Source of the DNA: Eledone cirrhosa
Taxonomy: Eukaryota
Assembly (NCBI GenBank): GCA_964016885.1
Contig: OZ024743.1
Coordinates: 63,426,001 to 63,490,000, forward strand
Length of the DNA stretch: 64,000 nucleotides
Direction: 5' to 3'
Each line of letters opens with the position of its first letter. The first letter of the stretch is position 1. Positions 44,966-58,000 of this stretch are shown one piece after another. Below the pieces are notes generated by a model. It was not told the DNA's origin. It searched no databases and was given only the letters and a program-made list of their open reading frames with translations. The translations under genes were made by a program, and so were the position numbers.

Positions 44966-45039
44966 CTGATATAGAAAATGCATTGTGTATATATGTGTGT
45001 GTAAATTATAAAGAGTTACAGACTGATATATATATATAT

Positions 45040-45185
45040 ATACTAGCTGGCGCCCGGGTAGGTATACCGGCATTTTATCTTTTCAGGAAGATACCGCACA
45101 CCCTCTCAAGTCACATTGTCGTTCCGAGTACGAATCGAGGGGGGGGGGGGGGCTATTGTGGTGACTCATTTCTAATGCATGAAAA
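45040..45185 (-). mobile_element. Helitron-like 3' terminus
   Basis: Minus strand ends ...ccggtatacctacccgggcgccagCTAG|T: a GC-rich hairpin a few nt before CTAG, next to (TA)n. Confidence 0.45.
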
Positions 45186-45194
45186 ATACCACCA

Positions 45195-46555
45195 CCACCA
45201 CTGACATTGACATTGCACATCCAATGGAGCATGCTTGCCTCATTTCTCTCCAGCCGTCGCATATCCTCTGCAGTTGCTGCCCAAGTCTCACTACCATGCA
45301 ACATCGTGCTCCTCACACAGGCATTATATAACTGGCCTTTCGTACGCAGGGAGAAACCCTTCATCAGCAACAGAGGAAGCAGCTCCCTAAACTTCTTCCA
45401 ACCTGTCCTTATTCTAGATACTATGGCCTCTGAAAACTGCCCTCCCATGCTAATCTGATCTCCTAGGTACCAGAAGCTATCCACCACTTCTATAGCACCC
45501 GTCCGCATTTGAAAAATGCGTCTATCAATGCGACTTCTACTGTCTAATTTCCCTGTACATCTTCTGCATACGCATTTCTCCCTACCTGTTAGTTTGCCTG
45601 CTATCCCACTACATCTCTTGTGTACCCAGGATCTGCATTGTGTGCATTTTATAGAATTTATGCCAGTTCCTTTTCTGCATATCGAACATTTCCCTGACGG
45701 AATCAGAGGTTTGTCCTCTTTTCTACTCACCAACACTTTTGTCTTAGCTAGGTTCACTCTCAGTCTTCTTGCTTCCAACTGCTGTTTCCATAGCCAGAAT
45801 TTATTCTCTAGCTCCTCTACTGGTTCTGCTATAAGAACCAGATCGTCAACATACAGAAGTTCCCATGGACAGCCAATCTTAAACTCCTCTGTTATGGCTT
45901 GGAGAACTATAATGAACAAGGGCGGGCTGAGGACCGAACCTTGATGTACTCCTACTTGTATCTGGAATTCCTCACTAAACTCCATTCCTACCCTGACTTT
46001 ACTGACAGCACCTCTGTACAAAGTTTGCACTGTCCTCACAAGCCATTCCTCAACACCTAGTTTACTTAGGGACCACCAGATGACAGATCGGGGTACCCTA
46101 TCAAAGGCCTTCTCTAGGTCAACAAAGGCTAAGTATAGTGGCTTATTCTTCTCCAAGAACCTCTCTTGTAATTGTCTCACCAAGAAGAGGGCATCTGTTG
46201 TACTTTTCCCAGGCACAAAACCAAATTGCATCTCATCTAGTTTGACCCTTTCTCTAATTAGTTGTGCTAATATCCTTTCTGCCACTTTCATAACCTGATC
46301 CATCAGTTTTATACCCCTATAATTGCTCTTCTCCAGAGCATCCCCTTTACCTTTGTAGCAATTTATGAGAATACTGCTGCACCAGTCTTTGGGTATGACA
46401 CTGCCATATATAGCCTGATTGATGATGCGTGCAACCAGTTTAGTGCCTACATCTCCTGATGCCTTCAGCATCTCAGCAACTATCCCCGACGGTCCAGCAG
46501 CCTTACCATTTTTCATTTCCTTAATCGCCTCTTGGGCCCTATATTGGTCAATCTT
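45195..46555 (-). mobile_element. RTE RT-domain fragment (different subfamily), truncated at both ends
   Basis: The 477-aa ORF 45083-46516 has FVDLEKAFDRV, QGSVLSP, YVDD and the PHD-like insert. RTE similarity stops at WMCNVNVS. Confidence 0.9.
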
Positions 46556-46574
46556 ACATACATATATATATATA

Positions 46575-46860
46575 TAGTTGTGAGTTCAATTCTCAGACAG
46601 TGATGTGTTGTTTGCTTGAGCAAAACACTTTATTTCACATTGCTCCAGTTTACTCAATGAGATGATAGGGACTGGGGTCCATATCATTCCACTGCAACAT
46701 GGTTGTGGAGGTGCCACGGCAAAAAAGCACCCAGGACTCACTGTAAATGAGGTTGGTGTTAGGAAGGGCATCCAGCTGTAGAAATCAAGCCAGAATCGGT
46801 TCCCGTCCCACCCTTGCAAGCAGGGAAAAGCGGACATAAAATGATGATGATGATGATGAT
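46575..46860 (+). mobile_element. 5'-clipped copy of the RTE-tailed tRNA SINE
   Basis: Starts at the B box and has the same body and (GAT)n tail. Confidence 0.85.
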
Positions 46861-48152
46861 ATATATATATATATACATACAAACACACATGGTGTATTAT
46901 TACCATGATTTAATGTTGTTTATTTTTTTATCTTTCCCCAATAAAGAGATTTTTTGCATTTTTTTTATAAACAATTTTAATTAATTTTCCAATCTGATTC
47001 AATGTAATTGCATTTTTTTATTTTTTATTTTGATTTTAATTAAAAAAAAAAAATTTCATTTTTCAAAGTTTTTGTTTTTTATGTTCGCTATTATTTTTTC
47101 TTCTTTTACTTGTTTCAGTCATTAGACTGCGGCTATGCTGGAGCAATGCCTTGGTTTAGTCGATCATATCGATCCCTAGTATTTTTTTATTTTTAAATTA
47201 GGTACTTATTTCATCAATTTCTATTTTTTATCAAAGCGCCAAGTTATGGGGTATAAAAACGGACATACACACACATACATACATACATAAACACACACAC
47301 ACACACACACATATGAACGAGTTTCTCCAGTTTCCATCTTCCAAATTCCACTTGCAAGACTTTGGGCAATTCAAGGTTTTAAGACACTTGCCCAAGGTCC
47401 CAAAATGGGTTTGCGAATCTAACTCACTATCCCACACAGCTATATCAGCACCTATGCCTGTTATTGTTTTTGTGGTAGCTATTGCTGTCCTGACACGGCA
47501 TGACCAAATGGTTAGGTCCCAGGTTCAATCATACTGTGTGACAGGGAAGTTTCATTTACCATAGCCTTTGGGTCAACCCATGCCTTGTGAGTGAAACAGG
47601 CTAAACGGAAATTGTTTGGAAGCCGATCAGATGGATTGTACCTGTAATTCAAAGGGCCAGCTTTGTCACCCACTATCATTAATCTCCTTGGGAATTACAT
47701 TAAGGTTACATGTATCGGTGGAATGTTCAACCTCTTACACATTAATTTCATGAGCAGACTCTTCCATTGATTGAAAAAACTGGAACATTCATCGTCGAAA
47801 CTGATGAAGATCCTTTCCAATCTGCTATTGTTGCTGATAATGATGTTTGTATTAGTATTTAAAATCGTATTTGCTTCATTACATTGAATACTTGTTAAAG
47901 GTTTATTCTTTTCATCTATTTTTGTTTTGCTTTAAATAAATTTATTTTGTTAATTAATGCACTTCAATAATAATAAAACAAAACATTTGTATTAGAGATT
48001 TCACTGTGTTTGGTGTGTTGTCTGGCTTAGAGTTGGCTTTTTTTTAATACTTTCTACATTTTTCTATTTCATCTCTCTTGCTTATTTTCTTTCTCACTCC
48101 ACCTCACTCTGATTGTCTATTGGTCTCCCCACCCCCTTTTCTCTCTTTCTCA

Positions 48153-48209
<57 letters not shown>

Positions 48210-48454
48210 CATTCGATCAACTTTTGTCAAATTGGACCAAAAAAACAATGTTTCCATTGGTCTTTCCAATTGCTAATACTCTCTATCGGTCGCAACTCAA
48301 GGTAGAAGGAGCAACGTGAAATAAAGTGTCTTGCTCAAGGACATAATGCATCACCTGGTCTGAGAATCGAACTCACAACCTCACAATTGCAAATCTAATT
48401 ATCTAAACAGTCAGCTACACACCTTCACACACACACACACACTCACATTATTAG

Positions 48455-48608
48455 AGAGAGTCGGACACCATGCTTTGAAGCATAGGGTTGCATCCCTTTA
48501 TGATCTGAGGTTAACTTTGTCTTTCATCCTTACGGGGTCGATAAAATAAAGTACCAGTAATACACTGGGTAATTTGCTGGCCTTGTGCCAAAAGTAGAAA
48601 CAATTATT
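48455..48608 (+). mobile_element. SINE family A copy with internal deletion
   Basis: Central domain and gtagaaacaattatta tail present. Confidence 0.8.
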
Positions 48609-48702
48609 AGAAATATACATAAAGAAATTTCAAACATAGCAGACGACAATCTAATTTTGGTTGACAACCGAACAGATGTCTCTGCATATATATATATATA
48701 TG

Positions 48703-48733
<31 letters not shown>

Positions 48734-48994
48734 TAAAGATATATATTGAGTTAGGAACTCAAAATAGCTCTAAGAAAGAGATATTTCTGAGCCATATATT
48801 ATAATAGAATATAAAAGAAAAATGAACACAGATATATAGATATATGTGTTCAAATCGTAAGGGACCTGATTCACTAAGGTGAAAAGAATACTACTATAGA
48901 CAATTGGGTTCACTTGTCTCAATTTAAGAAAAAATTAAGAAAATAAATACAAACCGGGATTGTGGTAACTACCAATCACTTGATATAGTAGGAA

Positions 48995-49040
48995 AAGGGT
49001 TGTAATGTTTCAGACACTAGTCCTTCATCAGAAGATAGAA
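48995..49040 (-). ncRNA. Hammerhead-ribozyme-like motif (minimal type I, probably degenerate)
   Basis: Minus strand reads CTGATGA-A-GGAC-TAGT-GTCT-GAAAC-ATTA: both conserved core blocks separated by a 4-bp stem II with a tetraloop. Confidence 0.55.
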
Positions 49041-49135
49041 TGAGAAATAAAAAAATAGAAAGATAGAAAACGAAAAGAGAATGAAATGAGGAAAAGGTGT
49101 TTGGAGATAAAAATTATGTGTGTGTTCAGTCAACC

Positions 49136-49204
<69 letters not shown>

Positions 49205-49359
49205 ATACACACATACACACACACATATGCAGCATGAAGACTCGGAAGACCACAAATCAGATTAGTTCTTAATGCATGATAAGATGCAGATAGAATATAT
49301 TAAAAAAGTAAAATCCTTTGAAAAAGCTTGAGAAAATGAGTTGAAACCTCTCTGACCCT

Positions 49360-50560
49360 GCCAGTCATTGACTTATTAATCTAACTTCCTAGCATCTCAA
49401 AAGTGATGAAAATATTTATTAACCATCACCTCTCTTATCAATTTGAATCTCTCTCCTTCCTCAGTGACTGCCAGTATGGTTTCCATAGAGCCAGATTTGC
49501 CAGAGTAATACTCTTTTTCTCTCTCCTATGCTACTCACTAGTGGTTCCTCACTCTTAATGATACAATGTTGTTGCACATGACTTCAACAAAGCTTTCAAC
49601 CATGTCTGACATAAAAACCTCCTGGATAAGTTGCTCACCTTTAGGCTCAACCCATCTCACATTTTGTTTTTATTTTTGGATCAGAAACTTCTTGTCAGAT
49701 TGTATCTTAGTAGCAGGTGTTGACAGAACTCTCTCTCTCACACACACACATTCTTTAAATTCTGGTGTATCCAAGGTTCAGTAATGTTTACACACACATC
49801 CTTCTGTACATTAATGACCTACTTGTTGTCACATCTAACAACACACATTCCTACTATGCAGATAATAGTAACTTTCATTCCTCAAACACACAACCATCAT
49901 CAACACATGCAACCTAAACACCTCATGCTAGATATACACTGACTCTATAATAACACATCTCTAAACAGCATAATGACCCATTTACTACACATTTCTAGGA
50001 AACAGACCCTCTCTAGTCATGAACAATAGACAACTAAAACTTTTAAAATTGCTTTAATTGCTATGCTTCATAATTTCTGATGATTTCTCATAAAAAGGAA
50101 AGAAGTCAATTATCAGATTAGACAAGGGAACTATATTTCCATTGATCTTTCTTCTACTGATACTATTTGTTGGTCACAACCCCTGGCAGAAGGAGGTAGG
50201 ATTTGAATTCAGAATATATAGAGCCAGATGAGATAAAAATCATTTTGGTCAACTCTTTAACAATTCCCTCATTCCACCACCCCTGCACAGGTACTTTATT
50301 TATCGACCCAGAATGGATGAAGAGCAAAGTTAACTATGGCAGGATTTGAACACAGAGCCGAGAGAGTCAGAACAAATACCAATGCATTTAATCTGATACC
50401 ACATTGACAATTTGCCACATATGTTTCATAGGCTAAATTGTATTTCAAAGGCTAGAATTCCTTTTTGGAACCAAAAAAATACTTCAGTCATACTCAGTTG
50501 CTGACTCAACATATCTCAAATAAGCATCATACTGGAGTACTACTTGCATATCCAGGATGG
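49360..50560 (+). pseudogene. Highly decayed CR1/L2/Jockey-group RT relic, interrupted by SINE fragments
   Basis: Remnant motifs ISKVM, SDCQYGF, DFNKAF, SGV.QGSV, LYINDL, YADNS, and KKYFSHTQLL near 50475. Confidence 0.65.
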
Positions 50561-50740
50561 TGGTGGTTCTGTTACATATACATGTTATGTTGTTGTCCAT
50601 CCTTCAGAGTTGAAGATGACTGCAACTTCAATGTTGGATGGAGGATCTTTGGTTGTGGGTCTTGAAGTTACTGGTAAGTGGTGCAGATATCATCGACAAG
50701 TCAAGGTGCTAACAGCAGACACCATATTGTTGAAATTATT

Positions 50741-50953
50741 TTAACCCTTTAGCATTTAAACCAGCTGTATCTGGCCAGAATTCTCTCACCCCTTTCTGTT
50801 CACGGCCATAACCAGCTGCTCATACTTATGTAAAGATATTGTTCTCAAAATAAATAATATCAAAATCTCACAGATTCGATATTATGTGAGATAAAATGTT
50901 TACCGTGAAAATACAATAGTAAATATAGAGTAATGTAAATGCTAAAGGGTTAA
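50741..50953. mobile_element. piggyBac-type MITE
   Basis: TTAA|CCCTTTAGCATTTA ... TAAATGCTAAAGGG|TTAA: TTAA duplication, CCC terminus and perfect TIR. Confidence 0.85.
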
Positions 50954-51034
50954 GAGAATGGTATGCATAACTTGGAAAAGGAGGCCATACATTGTAGAGC
51001 TAGTCTTGTGCACTAAATAGCTAGGTGCTAACCC

Positions 51035-51434
51035 TGACACAGTACATTGAAAAAAATATTAGTTTAATGTTTGAAATAACAGGAAAAGAGTATTAATGTT
51101 TTGGACACTAGTCCTTCAACAGAATATAGAAATACAAGTTGGGCTGCCATAAAACAAACAAAAAAATCAGATTAAGAGGTCTGGCATTTGTAAGTTTTTA
51201 ACTTTCAGTTGTTCATGACTAGAGAGAACTATGTACACATACATGCTTCCTTGATGTATATAGTGATTGTGTATTTATGCTGTTGAGAGAGATTAACTTG
51301 TTTATCCCACTGAATAATCTTATAGGCTTGTGAATATGTATCTAAATATATATATATTAATATTAATGTCTATATTCTCTATAAGAATATATATTTAACT
51401 TCACACACACACACATATATATAGATGTAAATGC

Positions 51435-51484
<50 letters not shown>

Positions 51485-51638
51485 GTTGATATATAAATAT
51501 ATATGTGTGTGTGTAGAAAGTAAACAGAAATAACAAGCAAATGACACAATACATTGAAAAAAATATTAGTTTAATGTTTGAAATAACAGGAAAAGAGTAT
51601 TAATGTTTCAGGCACTAGTCCTTCAACAGAATATAGAA
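51035..51638 (-). repeat. 97-bp direct repeat (51035-51131, 51542-51638), each copy containing a mutated hammerhead-like motif
   Basis: Minus strand CTGTTGA-A-GGAC-TAGT-GTCC-AAAAC and CTGTTGA-A-GGAC-TAGT-GCCT-GAAAC, homologous to the 49.0 kb motif. Confidence 0.7.
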
Positions 51639-51844
51639 GTAGAAGTAAAGGATAAAATAGAAAGATAGAGAGTGAGAAGAGGAAAGAACAAAAAAAAAAT
51701 CAGTCAGCCATTATGGAGATATACATATATACATGTGTGTGTGTGTGTATAGTTTAGATACAGATCACCTGTCTAACCCATGCAAGCATGGAAAATAGAC
51801 ATTAAATATTGCTGATGATAATGATTATATATATATATATATTA

Positions 51845-52387
<543 letters not shown>

Positions 52388-52504
52388 GTAATGGTTAATT
52401 ACTACACTGGATAGAGTTGGCATACGATGAGAGGTTACTCAACGAGTTATGGAAGAATTGTTGAAGAAACTTAGTTACTGATCCTTCTGTATTCCAGAGT
52501 GTAG

Positions 52505-52829
52505 ATAAAGAATGAATAATAACAGGTAGACATCATAAAAAGGTAATTTATTCTGTGTGCTTACAAATGTTTCCACGGTGGTTATACAGCCTAGTTATGC
52601 TATGTGCAAATTTATAACTATTTGCAAAACTCTGTTATCAAATACTGTGACCACTGTATCATCAGAGCAGAATGATACAGTGGTCACAGCATTTGATAAT
52701 CGAGTTTTGCAAATAGTTATAAATTTGCACATAGCATAACTAGGCTGTATAACCACCGTGGCAACATTTGTAAGCACACAGAATAAATTACCTTTTTATG
52801 ATGTCTACCTGTTATTATTCATTCTTTAT
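52505..52829. repeat. Near-perfect palindrome: 158-bp arms, 9-nt spacer
   Basis: 52505-52662 is the reverse complement of 52672-52829 with 4 mismatches. The spacer is cagagcaga. Confidence 0.95.
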
Positions 52830-52856
52830 GATGTCTACCTGTTATTATTCATTCTT

Positions 52857-52892
<36 letters not shown>

Positions 52893-53136
52893 TATATATT
52901 TATATATATGAGCAAGGCATGGTCAGCCGACCAGACACTGCCCACAACAGAACAACCCGTCTAACCCATGCTAGCGTGGAAGAACGGACGTAAAACGGTG
53001 ATGATGATGATATATATATATATATATACATACACACACATATATGATCATCGTTTAACGTCTATCTTCCCTAAGTATTGAGTACTCTGGTGCGTTATGG
53101 TCCATCTGGTTCCTTACCACACTTCTTTCGTTATAT

Positions 53137-54411
53137 TATCATCATCATCATCGTTTAACGTCTATCTGCCACACTAGCATGGGAGTTGTCCCACTTGAGG
53201 CAAGATTGGTTGTCTCACTCGTATGGGACTGTCTGGCAGGTTTTCTATGGCTGGATGCCCTTCCTAACACCAACCATGTTTACAGTGTGGACTGGAAGGT
53301 TTTTACCTACACGGCCACATTACAGTGTGGACTGTGTGTTTTTTTGTCGTGACACCTACACAACCTCATTTATTTAGGACTGGATGTTGTGGTACCAACA
53401 TAACTTTACAGAGAAAGGGGTGGTGTCGATGGGGGTGGGGGTGGAGTAGGGGTAGTGGGATGGGGTGTATATTTGGTTAAGAGGAGCCTACTGACTGTAG
53501 GTTTCGCTTTGTACATAGGCAAGGCGGGTCTTCTGTATTACTGTGTAGCGCCAAAGATCTCAGTCCAGTGACATTGTCTTAGAGAGGTGTAAGTGTGTAA
53601 GGTCAGAATTTATCAAATCGTCCCAGGTTTTTCTGGGTCTACCTACTCCGTAACTTCCATCAATTTTGATTGCCCTGCACTTTTTATACAGCTGTCGTCT
53701 TTCATGCGCTTCACATGACCATACCAACATAGTCTTCTCTCGAGTAAACAGCATCTGATCCCTCTTATTCCTAATTTCTCACTTAGTTAATTTATGCTTT
53801 GCCATTCACGTATATTACTATTACACATCCAACGGAGCATGCATGCTTCGTTCCTCTCCAGTCTGCACAGATCCGCTGCACACAATGCCCATGTCTCACT
53901 GCCATGTAACATAGCTGTTTGTATGCAGGCATCATACAGTCTGCCTTTCATTTTTAGAGAGAAACCCTTAGTGGCCAACAGCGGTATAAGCTCTCGGAAC
54001 TTTTTCCATCCCGTTCTGACTCTGGCTACTGTACTTTCAGAATACCTCCACGACTGCTGATTTTTCACCCAGGTAACGGAAGATGTCTACTATTTCTATA
54101 GAACCATCTGGGCAATGGAAGGAGCTAGTATCCTGTGGGCACTTGCTACTTATTGCACCACATATAAAATCTACGTCCTTAGATAGCTTACCTGTGATCC
54201 CACTACATCTTTCATGCACCCATACTTTGCATTTGGGACATAAAATAGAATTTCTTCCTACTCCTTTCCTACACACTGAGCATGGCCATTTCCCAGAGTG
54301 GACCTGTGCCCTATTTTCCTTCCTACATACTAGGACTTTAGTCTTAGACAAGTTAACTTTAAGGCCTTTCGATTCTAGGCCAAGCTTCCATGTTTGGAAT
54401 TTCTTCTCTCT
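53137..54411 (-). mobile_element. 5'-truncated RTE copy related to the 55-58 kb element, with frameshifts
   Basis: ORF fragments SKTKVLVCRKE..WPCSVCRKG, ARVRTGWKKFREL and GRPRKTWDDL, followed by the same 3'UTR and a (GAT)n tail on the minus strand. Confidence 0.92.
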
Positions 54412-54433
54412 ATATATTTATATATATATACAT

Positions 54434-54512
<79 letters not shown>

Positions 54513-54541
54513 CATACACTCACATATATATATATATACAT

Positions 54542-54584
<43 letters not shown>

Positions 54585-54639
54585 CATTTCTTTGTCCCAA
54601 GCCCTTATCAGGCTGGTATTTATTCTGATTTTATTGGCA

Positions 54640-54856
54640 TTAACTCCTTAGCATTTGAACCGGCTGTATCCACCCAGAATTCTTTCCCCTTTTTGAAACT
54701 GGCCATAACCAGCAGCTCACACCAATGTTAATATATCATTCTTAAAATAAACAATAACATCATTAAAATCTTGTAGACTTGATGTTATGTGAGATAAAGC
54801 CTTCACCAAGAATATACAATAGTAAATATAGAATAATGTAAATGTTAAAGGGTTAA
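54640..54856. mobile_element. piggyBac-type MITE, same family
   Basis: TTAA flanks and the same internal sequence. Confidence 0.8.
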
Positions 54857-55015
54857 AGGACTATGAGTACAAGACATCCCTTTGGACAGGATACCAGTAG
54901 ATTCCAAGGCTAACCACAGCTACTGATGGTACTCATTTTAGCTGAGTATACTCGAGTAAGTTGCTCAGGAACACAATGTACTACCTGATCCATATATATA
55001 TATATATATATATAT

Positions 55016-58000
55016 ACGTGGACGAGAATGCGAGCATGCCTCTTTGTTTCGGCCGCGGATGGCTAACATAACCCCCCCCCCGCTCCCCACCTTTCCAACC
55101 CCCCAAACGCAATCCAAAACTTCAGATTTGGTACCTTGAATGTAGGTACCTTAAAGGGTCGCTCTAACGAGGTTGTAGAAATGCTTGAACGTAAGGAGGT
55201 CGATGTTTGTTGTACTCAAGAGACCAGGTGGAGGGGTGGATCTGCTAGATACATTGTGGGTAGAAAACGATGCTATAAGCTTTTCTGGGTGGGAAACGAC
55301 AATGGGCTGGGTGGAGTAGGAATCATGGTAGCAGAAAAGTGGGCAGATAAGATAATAGACGTAAATAGAGTGAACGACAGAATAATTAAAATAAGACTTG
55401 TCCTCAATAGAACTACGGTGACAGTAATATCCGCGTACGCACCCCAATCCGGACTGCCCAGCACTATAAAAGACAGATTCTATGAGACACTGATGCTCAC
55501 TACCTCCCAAATAACCGACAGTGACTATATAATTATTGCAGGCGACCTAAACGGTCACGTTGGACAACATTGTGACGGCTACGACGAAATCCATGGAGGC
55601 TATGGGTTTGGTACTAGAAATGAGGAAGGCTCCAGAATCCTGGAATTCTGCGACGCAAATAACCTAACTATCTGCAACACTAACTTCAAAAAACGAGACA
55701 ATCACTTGATCACCTACAGATCAGGGGAACATACTAGCCAGGTAGATTATATCTTTACCAGAAGACGTGACAAAGTGACTGTCGTAAACACTAAATCCCT
55801 CCCCCATGAAGAATGCACTTCCTAACATAGACTGATAATTAGCGACCTAATAGTCAGGACGAGACGTACTCGACAACAGAAGAGGACTATCCTCAGGAGA
55901 AAAATATGGAAGCTAAAGGACCCCACAGCCAAAAATAAATTCCAAAGCATATTACTTGATGCTTTCGACAGTGAGGAAGAGCAATTAGAGACGTACAAGG
56001 TAGAGGAACAGTGGGAATTCCTGAAAGCAAACCTGCTGACGGCGGCAGACGAAGTCTGTGGCTGGAGCAGGCCTGTAGGCAGGAGGAGAGTAACATGGTG
56101 GTGGAACAGTAAGGTGGAGGGGTCAATTAAGGCCAAAAAGCAGGCTTGGAAAGTATGGCGGGATGGGGGAAGCAGAGAAGACTATCAAGTGGCCAGGAGG
56201 GAAGCTAGGAGACAAGTGTACTTCGCAAGAAGGGAAGCAGAGGAAACAAAGTTCAAGCATGTTCTACAACGTGAGGACCAAAAACGTGAGGTGTTCAGGA
56301 TTGCTAGGCAATGTGTCAAGGAAAACAGTGATATTGTCGGGGAGAAGTGTGTACTTAACGATGACGGCGTACTTTCCATCACCGACGCCGATAAGAAGGT
56401 AGCTTGGAAGTGTCACTATGAAAGGCTACTAAATGAGGAGAATAAATGGGAGAAAGACAGTCTCCCCCACATCGACCCAATAGAGGGACCAGCAGTGTTA
56501 GTCGAGGGTAGTATAATAAGTAAGGCAATCAAAGATATGAAGACAGGCAAGGAGGCTGGGCCTTCGGAAATAGTTGCCGAGATGCTGAAGGCATCTGGTA
56601 CGGTGGGACACACCATGGTCACCCGGATAGTCAACCAAGTCATACAGAATGGGGTTGTTCCGAAGGACTGGCGTAGCAGCATTATCGTTAACTGTTATAA
56701 GGGTAAAGGAGATGCCCTAGATAGGAGTAACTATAGAGGCATTAAATTAATCGACCAGGTCATGAAGGTCACGGAAAAAGTAATAGCACAACTAATCAGA
56801 GAGCGAATTGATATAGATGAAATGCAGTTCGGGTTTGTGTCAGGAAAAAGTACCACAGACGCTCTTTCCATTGTACGACAACTACAGGAGAAGTACCTAG
56901 CTAAAAGTAAACCCCTATACTTAGCTTTCGTCGACTTGGAGAAGGCCTTCGACAGAGTCCCCCGTTCCATTATCTGGTGGGCTCTTAGAAAACTAGGTGT
57001 TGATGAATGGCTTGTGAGAGCTATACAAGCCATGTATAAAGAAACAGTCAGCAAGGTTAGAATTAACAACGAATATAGTGAAGAGTTTAGTGTAAAAGTT
57101 GGTGTTCATCAGGGCTCTGTTCTTAGCCCCCTACTATTTATTATTGCCCTCCAGGCTATAACAGTGGAGTTCAAGACCGGCTGCCCATGGGAACTCCTAT
57201 ACGCAGATGATCTAACGCTCATAGCTGAATCAATGGCCGAGCTAGAGAAGAAATTCCAAACATGGAAGCACGGCCTAGAATCAAAAGGCCTTAAAATTAA
57301 CCTGGCTAAGACTAAAGTTCTAGTTTGTAAGAAAGAAAATAAGGCGGCGGTCCCCTCCGGGAAGTGGCCATGCGCAGAGTGTAGGAAAGGCGTAGGTAGA
57401 AATTCCATTTTGTGTCCCAAATGCAAAGTTTGGGTGCATAAAAGATGTAGTGGGATCACAGGTAAGCTAACTAAGAACATAGATTTTACATGTGGCCGGT
57501 GTTCTGGGGCAATAAGTAGCGGCAAGTGCCCACAAAATACTAGCTCTTTCAACTGCGCAGAGGGTTCTATAGAAATAGTGGACAGCTTTCGTTACCTGGG
57601 TGACAAAATCAGCAGTGGGGGAGGGTGCTCTGAAAGTACAGTAGCTAGAGTCAGAACTGGGTGGAAAAAGTTCAGAGAGCTTATACCACTATTAGCCGCT
57701 AAAGGGTTCTCCCTAAAAATGAAAGGCAGGCTGTACGATGCCTGCATACGAACAGCAATGTTGCATGGCAGTGAGACCTGGGCATTGTGTGCAGAGGATA
57801 TACGCAGACTAGAGAGAAACGAAGCTTGCATGCTCCACTGGATGTGTAATAGTAATATACATGAACGACAAAGCATAAACGAACTAAGGAAAAAATTAGA
57901 AATAAGAGGGATCAGATGTTGTTTACTAGAGAGAAGGCTATGTTGGTATGGTCACGTGATGCGCATGAAGGACGATAGCTGTATGACAAAGTGCAGGGCA

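Noticed and set aside
52420-52450. gatga-gag-gtta-ctc-aac as another hammerhead-like motif
   Set aside because: Both core blocks are broken (no CTGA, no GAAA), so it is too weak to call.
52557-52777. Near-identical 60-aa ORFs on both strands
   Set aside because: An automatic consequence of the palindrome. They have non-ATG starts and no recognisable protein.
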